From a virus (taxonomy: Duplodnaviria > Caudoviricetes): a DNA stretch of 64,000 bases. Position 1 is the first letter of the stretch; each line of letters begins with the position of its first letter. Below are positions 56,894 through 64,000 of this stretch, piece after piece. The stretch covers positions 1 through 64,000 of the IMG/VR virus record IMGVR_UViG_3300035661_000030, one strand, 5' to 3'. The position numbers and the translations under genes are program-made. The notes beneath the pieces were generated by a model. It did no database searches and was not told the DNA's origin. It saw only the letters and a list, made by a program, of their open reading frames with translations.

Positions 56894-58639
56894 ATGTCCT
56901 TAAACGAATTATTCGTCTTAAATACATCCGTTCGCTTATCGGCAGATATGAATAGCTGGGGTGATCAGATCATCAACCAACTAATTAAGTCATATCCTTC
57001 GCTTTCTAAATTGGTGGGAGAGGTTATCTTCGCCAAGACTGATACTGTAAAGGGTAATGCCGTAGGCTATATTACTCTTATACAGAAAGTACAGAGAATA
57101 CCTTTCATTGTAGACGAATATGAGTTAAACCCATTAGACGTTTATATTGATAATGGAAAGTATCTTCCTCTGTCAGAAAGAACCGCAGACGTTATTAATT
57201 CACGTATATGGCCTTTCCGTCTTATATCCCAAGCAGAAAGAACGGCGCTTCTTAAGACAGCTTCGTTATTCGAGAATAATGGCATTTTAAAACAAGCCTT
57301 TATTGATAAAAATAAGGAAACTTTAGAAAAAATAGCTTCTGAATATCCAGAAGTTTTTGAACCTTTTATTAATCGTACTGTTCCAGTAAATAATCCTGAA
57401 TTTACAGTACGTTGTTTTATTAAAGAAGCGGCAGATTCAAAACCAATTGTAGTTCGTGATCTTATCACTAATGATAAAGAATATAAAATTTCAGAATTTG
57501 CCGATAAATATGGTAAAGATTTTGTTCAAGAACTTATGAGTAAAGGTGAGACAATTGTTTCGAATATGCCTCCTAAAGTAAGATTGGCTATTGATTCAAT
57601 GGAGATTAAGGGATCGTTTAAACCTTCTTCAACAAGAGAAGGTTATTATTGGCATAATGATACGCCTATTCCTGCTCGTAAGTTTGATCATTATCGTATG
57701 TCAGATCTTAAGCGATCAACTATTGCTCCCTCAGTTATTATAACAAATTCTGGTCACTATTTTGAACATGGTCAACTTACTAATAAGTGGGGAAGTGAAG
57801 TTCCTGCTCTTCACTTTGAGAAAACTCCACAAAAAGGTGAATATTCAGTAGCTATTATTGGAGATAATGTTTACGGACCATTTTTCATTAATAGTATTTC
57901 TCAGATTGGTAACGATAAAATTTTTAATGTTACTATTGATGATCTGAAAACAATTACAATTAGAACTAGTCAGGACATTAAATCTTTAGTTCAGTTAGAT
58001 GAAAATAATTATCTCTTAGCTGGTCAAGCTAAAATTATTAAAATTATCCCTCCACATTGGGCTGACAATAATCCTGACTCTTTTTTGAAAACTGCAAACT
58101 TAAAAGTTACAATATCTAGACAAACTAATGGTAATTTACTCATTAATGATTCTGGTTTATCTGGTATTGATGCTTCTAAGCTTAAAGACTTAAAAAAAGG
58201 TGATGCTATTATTGTTTTGATGCATTGTGGCTTATCACAAAATGATGCTAAATATGCTATTATGCGTTCATTAGATGCTGGCACATATTCTTTTGATGCT
58301 CCTGAAAAAACTAAAGTAGTAGATACTAAAGATGCTTCTCTTCAAAAGAAAGCAGAAGAAATTGTCAAATTATGCAATGAGAATGAAATTCTTAAAGTTG
58401 CTTCAATCAGTGGCGATAAGTCCAACATTGACCTAGCCCTGGGATTAAATTTAATCAACTACAGTAACATCAAGCGTTTCAAGCTGATAGTTCCAGAAAT
58501 TTATACTATGTTAGATAAATTATGCAAATTATTAATCATTAAGCGCATGAATCGTTCTTTGTTTAATTTAGATGAGATTCAACTTTCGCAAGCAATTCGA
58601 GCTTTAGATGAGATCTCCTTTTCTCTTAATTCATTGTGA
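56894..58639 (+). CDS. Hypothetical, probably virion protein with recurrent K-x-A motifs
   Basis: 581 aa; LLKTA, LEKIA, FIKEA, FLKTA, LQKKA, ILKVA. Confidence 0.75.
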   Translation: MSLNELFVLNTSVRLSADMNSWGDQIINQLIKSYPSLSKLVGEVIFAKTDTVKGNAVGYITLIQKVQRIPFIVDEYELNPLDVYIDNGKYLPLSERTADVINSRIWPFRLISQAERTALLKTASLFENNGILKQAFIDKNKETLEKIASEYPEVFEPFINRTVPVNNPEFTVRCFIKEAADSKPIVVRDLITNDKEYKISEFADKYGKDFVQELMSKGETIVSNMPPKVRLAIDSMEIKGSFKPSSTREGYYWHNDTPIPARKFDHYRMSDLKRSTIAPSVIITNSGHYFEHGQLTNKWGSEVPALHFEKTPQKGEYSVAIIGDNVYGPFFINSISQIGNDKIFNVTIDDLKTITIRTSQDIKSLVQLDENNYLLAGQAKIIKIIPPHWADNNPDSFLKTANLKVTISRQTNGNLLINDSGLSGIDASKLKDLKKGDAIIVLMHCGLSQNDAKYAIMRSLDAGTYSFDAPEKTKVVDTKDASLQKKAEEIVKLCNENEILKVASISGDKSNIDLALGLNLINYSNIKRFKLIVPEIYTMLDKLCKLLIIKRMNRSLFNLDEIQLSQAIRALDEISFSLNSL

Positions 58640-59460
58640 TAAAATACCCATTTCATAAACTGCTTCTCTATTTATTGGCGATATCCAAATTCGATAGGGT
58701 AGAGTTTGCAAGTTTACTGGAATTATATTTACCTTATATTAGTTTTGAATTTGAAGATCCGTTCGATTATGCAGAAAAGTATATCAAAGCAACTCCAATT
58801 CCTGCTTGTGTTTATGCCGGTGTAGATGATATACATGGCTGGCGAATTTATTTAGGCAAATTTAAATTAGAAGATCTTCATGCTGCTTTCAATCAAGAGC
58901 AGTTTGAAGATATTATATATGATACAGATATTAAACGCAAAATAGACGCAATGTCATTATCTTCAGTTTTTCGAAAATCTGATATTGTTAAAGAATTCTC
59001 TAGATTTGATCCACAATATATTGGAATTTATCTTGATACATTTGCCGATTTTACAAAGGTGCCAAATAAAAATTCTTACGTAGCCAAATATATTGCTGAT
59101 AAATCTATGCAAAGGTTATTTAAGGCAACGTTAGATACAACTTCTAGATCAAAATTAAAAGTAATGCTAGGAATGTCATCGGATATTGATCCTAAAGCAT
59201 TAATAAATAGAGCAATTGAGATTACTAGACAGCAACTTGAAGAAGCTTATGAAAATAATCAGGATAATCTTCAAAGCTGGATAAAAATGCAAGTTTCATT
59301 TTCAGAGAAACTTCTTAAAATGAATGCAGGCAATAAGACAGATCTTGATGATCTTCTGCAAGAACTTAAAGCAGCACCTAAGTTTGAAGATCCGACGATC
59401 TATACTAAAGATCAATTAGAAATCATGTATCAGGAATCATTAAATAAACCATCTGAATAA
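58636..59460 (+). CDS. Hypothetical protein
   Basis: 274-aa ORF overlapping the upstream stop. Confidence 0.7.
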   Translation: MIKYPFHKLLLYLLAISKFDRVEFASLLELYLPYISFEFEDPFDYAEKYIKATPIPACVYAGVDDIHGWRIYLGKFKLEDLHAAFNQEQFEDIIYDTDIKRKIDAMSLSSVFRKSDIVKEFSRFDPQYIGIYLDTFADFTKVPNKNSYVAKYIADKSMQRLFKATLDTTSRSKLKVMLGMSSDIDPKALINRAIEITRQQLEEAYENNQDNLQSWIKMQVSFSEKLLKMNAGNKTDLDDLLQELKAAPKFEDPTIYTKDQLEIMYQESLNKPSE

Positions 59461-59463
59461 CAC

Positions 59464-59492
59464 TTGACAATATGTGTTACAGATGGTATACT
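59464..59492 (+). promoter_or_regulatory. Near-consensus sigma-70 promoter TTGACA-N17-TATACT for nrdJ
   Basis: Read directly; extended TG; ~10-bp leader hairpin follows. Confidence 0.85.
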
Positions 59493-59572
59493 TATATTTC
59501 TTCGCCCTGCTGAATCTTGTTTATCAGTGGGGCAAAAATGTCTTTATTCCAAAATAAATTTTGGAGGTTTAC

Positions 59573-60613
59573 GTGTCTGAGTTTTTCGTTAGAGAATTAG
59601 ATCCTGATATGGGAACTGCGGTTGCGAATCGCACCTATCTCAGACGCTATGAAAAATGGTCAGATCTTGCTAAAAGAGTAGCTTTGGGAAATTCATTATT
59701 ACATCCTAGTGGAAAAGAAGATCGTGAAGCTTTAGAAAAATATATTTGTAATGCATCATTTTTAGCTGCGGGTAGGCATCTTCAACATGGTGATGAAAAC
59801 CAGCCCAATAAGAATATTGAAATTCACACTAATTGTTCTACCGCTTGCACTTCATTTCTTGAGTTTCTTTTATTACTTAATGGTTCTGGTGTAGGCCGGA
59901 ATTATAGCGATGAATTCATGACAGTCGATTGGCAAAATATGCCACATTTGTATTGTGTATTAAGTTCTGAACATGATGATTATCAGAAACAATTTCATCC
60001 TGAATATACTCCTAAATTAAAAGTTATATCAAAAGAAGATTATACTTCTTATCCTACTAATCCTGACTTATATCATGTAGTCGAGGATAGTCGAGAAGGC
60101 TGGGCTAAAGCATTAGAAATTCTTGAAGTTGCCGCTTTTGAAAAGAAAGGGCATGATCATTATGTTTTTGATTTTAGTTTGATTCGTAAATATGGAACAC
60201 CTATTAAGGGTATGCAGAATAGACCCGCATCAGGTCCATTACCTTTAATTTACGCATTTCAGCAAGCAGCTAAAGTTAAATATATTGAAGGCATGATGCC
60301 GTGGATGCAGACAATGATTATTGATCATTTTATGGCTGAATGCGTTGTAAATGGTGGTGCTAGAAGATCTGCTCGTATTGCTGTTAAATATTGGAAAGAT
60401 AAAGAAATCTCAAAGTTTGTAACAATTAAAAGAGACAATCCTGAATTATGGTCAAGTAATAATTCAGTTGGTGTAGATGCTGAATTTTGGGAACAGGTTA
60501 ATATAAAAGGTAGTTTAGCTGAATCGTTGTTTAATGAAATTACTAAGAGTTCATTTCAGGATATGACTGGTGAACCGGGTCTTATTAATCTTGACAAATT
60601 AATCATCAAATAA
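59573..60613 (+). CDS. nrdJ: Class II (AdoCbl-dependent) ribonucleotide reductase, N-terminal part
   Basis: AGRHLQ, NCST, LLNGSGVG, VVNGGARRSA, GEPGLIN; GTG start after GGAGG. Confidence 0.9.
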   Translation: MSEFFVRELDPDMGTAVANRTYLRRYEKWSDLAKRVALGNSLLHPSGKEDREALEKYICNASFLAAGRHLQHGDENQPNKNIEIHTNCSTACTSFLEFLLLLNGSGVGRNYSDEFMTVDWQNMPHLYCVLSSEHDDYQKQFHPEYTPKLKVISKEDYTSYPTNPDLYHVVEDSREGWAKALEILEVAAFEKKGHDHYVFDFSLIRKYGTPIKGMQNRPASGPLPLIYAFQQAAKVKYIEGMMPWMQTMIIDHFMAECVVNGGARRSARIAVKYWKDKEISKFVTIKRDNPELWSSNNSVGVDAEFWEQVNIKGSLAESLFNEITKSSFQDMTGEPGLINLDKLIIK

Positions 60614-60624
60614 ACGAGGGAACG

Positions 60625-63600
60625 ATGATTGGATCTGAAAAATATCAGTTATCAACTGGCGCAGCTGCTTATTATGATTTTACGTCAAGCATTGTTGATA
60701 AATCAAAATATCCTCATATTACAAATCCATGTTTAACTAAAGATACATGGATTTTAACTACAGAGGGTCCAAGACAAATTGCAGATTTAATTAATAAAGA
60801 ATTTACGGCCATTGTTAATGGTGAAAAATATAAATCAACTGGATTTTGGTCTACTGGCATTAAAAAAATTTATCAGTTAAAGACAGATCGTGGCTATAGT
60901 ATTAAAGCAACTGAAAATCATAAATTTTATGTAGAAACTTCTAGAAAACGAAAATTTGGTGGTGGATATAACATTACTAATCAATGGAAAGAAGTGTCTG
61001 AATTAAAAAATAAAGATAAAATAGTATTAAATAATCAACGTGGTAACTCTTGGGAAGGTTATGGAGATTCTAATTTAGGTTGGTTGCTTGGACAAATTGT
61101 TGGTGATGGTGGATATAATGATGAAAACGGAATAACATATCTTAGATTTTGGGGAAAATCGCAAAATTTATTAGCTAATTATGCTAGAGATATTATTGAA
61201 GATAATTTTAAAGTTAGATCAGATTTTGGGGAAGGTGGAGGATTTAATAGAATTAATAGATGTTCTACGGTTCAATGTAAAGCATTAACCGAATTTGCTT
61301 CAAGATTCATTGAATCTAAAACAAAAGATTTTAAAGAATCATTAGAAAAAGAAACATCATCTTTATTTATTAAAGGTTTTATTAAAGGATTTTTTGATGC
61401 AGATGGAACTGTAGCAAATAATCCATCTAAAGGAAGTTCTATTAGATTAGCTCAAAATGATTTAGAAAAACTTTATTCTGTTCAACGTATGTTGTCTAGA
61501 TTTGGTATTATATCTACAATCTATACAAATAGAAGAAAAGCTGGATATAGATTAATGCCAGATTCTAATCGAGAGTTAAAAGAATATTGTTGTGAAGCGC
61601 AACATGAATTAATTATTAGTAAAGATAATATAAATGAATATTACGATCAAATTGGTTTTAATGAACCTTGTAAACAAGACAAATTAGAAGAAATTATAAA
61701 TAATCAAAAAGAAGTTTATAAAGAAAGATTTTTATCTAATCTAGAGGAAATAATTTATTTAGGTGAGGAAGAAGTTTTTGATTGCACCGTAAATGGAATA
61801 CATGCTTTTGATGCTAATGGATTAATGTCACATAATTGTGGAGAAATTACATTAAATGCCAAAGGTGGTTATTGCGTCATTAGTGATATTGTTCCATTTT
61901 TCTGTAATTCATTAGATGAAGTTAAAGAAGTTGCTAAACAAGCTGTTAGATTTTTAATTAGAACTAATCTTATGGATGCAATTTATGCCGATGAAGTAAA
62001 ACGTACTAATAGAATTGGCGTTGGTATGACTGGCTTACATGAATTTGCTTGGAAATTTTTTGGTTATGGTTTCTATGATCTAATTGATGAGTCAAAATCT
62101 CAAATGTTTTGGGATTTTATTGGTGAACTGAGGCAGACGGTTGAAATTGAAGCCGCCTCCTACTCTCAGAAATTAGGTTTAAATACGCCGCATACTTGCA
62201 CGACCATGAAACCCTCTGGCTCTATTAGCAAGCTATACGCTTTAACTGAGGGCGCACACTTAGCCGCTAGAAAATTTTATCTTCGTTGGGTGCAGTTTCA
62301 AAATAATGATCCTCTTTTAGAACAGTATAGAGAAGAGGGCTATCCAGTCAAAGAATTAACAACTTATCCTAACATTTCTATTGTTGGCTTTCCAACAAGA
62401 CCTCTTATCGCATCTTTAGGAATGAAAGATAAATTAGTAACTGCACAAGAAGCTTCACCCGAAGATCAATATAAATGGCTTATGTTATTAGAAAAGTATT
62501 GGTTGGGTGAAGGTAATAACCAAATTAGTTATTGTTTAGCTGGAGATAAAAAACATTTAATTACAACTTCAACTGGATTTAGACGTATTGAAAATATGGT
62601 CAAATCTGAAGTACCTGATAGATTTGGTGAAAAACAAAATGTAATTGATTTAATAGAAAATGGTAAAAAAGAAACAATTAAAATGACATTAACAAATGGT
62701 CTTTACATTCAAGGCACAAAAGATCATAAAGTTTTAACTTTAGATAATTTTAATAATTATGTTTGGACTAGATTGGAAGATTTAAGAATCAATGATTTAG
62801 TTTTACGACGTAAAAATGATAATATTTTTAGTTCTACTTATTCATTATTACCACAAAACACTTATTCTAGAAATAATTTTAAAGATATTACAATTCCAGA
62901 AAAAGTAACGAATGAATTTGCAGAATTTCTCGGCATGTTAATGTCGGATGGATCTATTAATGAAAATGGATTTTGTTTACATAATGAAGATTTAGAAGTA
63001 TTAGATAGATTTGGATTTTTGGTTAAATCTTTATTTGGAATTACTGGAATTCGTAAACGTGATTTAAATACACAAAAAATGTATGATTTTGAATTTTATT
63101 CAAGAGAATTAACACATTGGCTTTTATATGATTTAAAAATTCCTAAATATCATGATGATAATTATATTTTAGACTGTATTTTGCAGTCTCCTAAATCAGC
63201 AATTCAAGCTTTCATAAAAGGACACACATTAGACGGATATAATTGTGAAGATTATTTATATCCATTATGCACAGTTTCTAAACAAATGGCTTACGACATA
63301 TGCATATTAATGATTTCTATGGGATATAATGCATCGGTATCTTATAAAGAAGGTAGAGAGTATTATTTTACAGAAACAAATCAAGGAATTGGAAAATCTC
63401 AATATTCTGTAAGGATTCCTAAAACTGAAATTTCTAAATTTTTACAAGAAATTAAATTTGCAGAAGAAAGAAAAAATGTTGAAGCTAATTTAAATATAAA
63501 AGATAAAAATATTAAAAATAATGGAAAAGATAATTTACTATTTTTTAATCCATTCAAAGAATATTATTTAAAAAATAAAAAAACAATGTCTAATAAATAT

Positions 63601-64000
63601 GGTCCTAAATTTAATAGATTAATGTATCAAGATAGACGATTTATTTCCAAAGAAAAAGCTTATGAATTTTTTGGCGATATAGATGAATTTAAACATATTT
63701 TTGAAGATAAAAATATTATTTCTACACCAGTTAAGTCAGTTGAAATAATAGATGCATTAATTCATACATACGATATATCTGTTGAAGAATCTCATGAGTA
63801 TTTAGCTAATACTATCATTGTTCATAATACTCTTAAAATTTCTACTGAAAAATATACATTAGAAGAATTTAGAGAAACATTTAAAAAGTATCAATCTAAA
63901 ATTCGTTGCTGTTCAGTTCTTCCTCTTGCTAGTAATACTGAATTAAAAACTCTTTATGAATATTTACCAGAAGAAGATGTCACTGAAGAATACTTTATGG
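60625..64000 (+). CDS. nrdJ: Class II ribonucleotide reductase, C-terminal part with two inteins (open at the window end; missing from the ORF track)
   Basis: Spliced sequence gives TNP-CGEI, RTNRIGVGMTGLHEF, TTMKPSGSISKL, NQISY-TLK; no stop to 64000. Confidence 0.92.
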   Translation, partial: MIGSEKYQLSTGAAAYYDFTSSIVDKSKYPHITNPCLTKDTWILTTEGPRQIADLINKEFTAIVNGEKYKSTGFWSTGIKKIYQLKTDRGYSIKATENHKFYVETSRKRKFGGGYNITNQWKEVSELKNKDKIVLNNQRGNSWEGYGDSNLGWLLGQIVGDGGYNDENGITYLRFWGKSQNLLANYARDIIEDNFKVRSDFGEGGGFNRINRCSTVQCKALTEFASRFIESKTKDFKESLEKETSSLFIKGFIKGFFDADGTVANNPSKGSSIRLAQNDLEKLYSVQRMLSRFGIISTIYTNRRKAGYRLMPDSNRELKEYCCEAQHELIISKDNINEYYDQIGFNEPCKQDKLEEIINNQKEVYKERFLSNLEEIIYLGEEEVFDCTVNGIHAFDANGLMSHNCGEITLNAKGGYCVISDIVPFFCNSLDEVKEVAKQAVRFLIRTNLMDAIYADEVKRTNRIGVGMTGLHEFAWKFFGYGFYDLIDESKSQMFWDFIGELRQTVEIEAASYSQKLGLNTPHTCTTMKPSGSISKLYALTEGAHLAARKFYLRWVQFQNNDPLLEQYREEGYPVKELTTYPNISIVGFPTRPLIASLGMKDKLVTAQEASPEDQYKWLMLLEKYWLGEGNNQISYCLAGDKKHLITTSTGFRRIENMVKSEVPDRFGEKQNVIDLIENGKKETIKMTLTNGLYIQGTKDHKVLTLDNFNNYVWTRLEDLRINDLVLRRKNDNIFSSTYSLLPQNTYSRNNFKDITIPEKVTNEFAEFLGMLMSDGSINENGFCLHNEDLEVLDRFGFLVKSLFGITGIRKRDLNTQKMYDFEFYSRELTHWLLYDLKIPKYHDDNYILDCILQSPKSAIQAFIKGHTLDGYNCEDYLYPLCTVSKQMAYDICILMISMGYNASVSYKEGREYYFTETNQGIGKSQYSVRIPKTEISKFLQEIKFAEERKNVEANLNIKDKNIKNNGKDNLLFFNPFKEYYLKNKKTMSNKYGPKFNRLMYQDRRFISKEKAYEFFGDIDEFKHIFEDKNIISTPVKSVEIIDALIHTYDISVEESHEYLANTIIVHNTLKISTEKYTLEEFRETFKKYQSKIRCCSVLPLASNTELKTLYEYLPEEDVTEEYFM
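60730..61836 (+). mobile_element. Intein 1 (369 aa) with LAGLIDADG endonuclease
   Basis: C1 (CLTKD), ATENH block B, LGQIVGDG and FIKGFFDADG, ends HN followed by Cys. Confidence 0.95.
62533..63828 (+). mobile_element. Intein 2 (432 aa) with LAGLIDADG endonuclease
   Basis: C1 (CLAGD), GTKDH block B, FLGMLMSDG, ends YDI...VHN followed by Thr. Confidence 0.95.

Noticed and set aside
59461-59572. NrdR box or cobalamin riboswitch upstream of nrdJ
   Set aside because: Only a partial ACAATAT match; the leader is ~75 nt with one hairpin, too short and lacking the B12-box.

Overview
A 64-kb segment of an AT-rich, large myovirus-type (jumbo-like) bacteriophage genome, read in the standard genetic code. 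Layout: (1) 1-11.7 kb, minus-strand block of small accessory genes including dCMP deaminase, hemerythrin, an HNH nuclease and a protein with a ubiquitin-like domain; (2) ~11.75-12.2 kb, strand switch with a promoter-driven structured non-coding element and a T32 run; (3) 12.2-40.8 kb, plus-strand tail/baseplate module: spike, NHL-repeat protein, tail chaperone pair joined by a -1 frameshift, tape measure, lytic transglycosylase, hub, fibre cluster and a 2093-aa cassette-built fibre; (4) 40.9-45.0 kb, minus-strand RNA cluster with 12 tRNAs, a degenerate tRNA-Asn, a tmRNA with a 23-aa tag, and spacers densely filled with unexplained structured RNA, including a duplicated ~148-nt double-pseudoknot element; (5) 45.2-59.5 kb, free-standing LAGLIDADG nuclease, sigma-70-family factor, baseplate wedge genes, putative internal head proteins and a single-chain fused beta-beta' RNA polymerase; (6) 59.5-64 kb, class II ribonucleotide reductase split into two ORFs and carrying two inteins, running off the window. 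The best leads for undescribed biology are the ncRNA array among the tRNAs, the 6S-like rod RNA at 11.8-12.1 kb, a shared M-S-(L/I)-(I/V)-K-(L/I)-A leader that may be a capsid-targeting/protease signal, and the linker-delimited cassette fibre. Family names come from motif recognition by eye; no database search was run.
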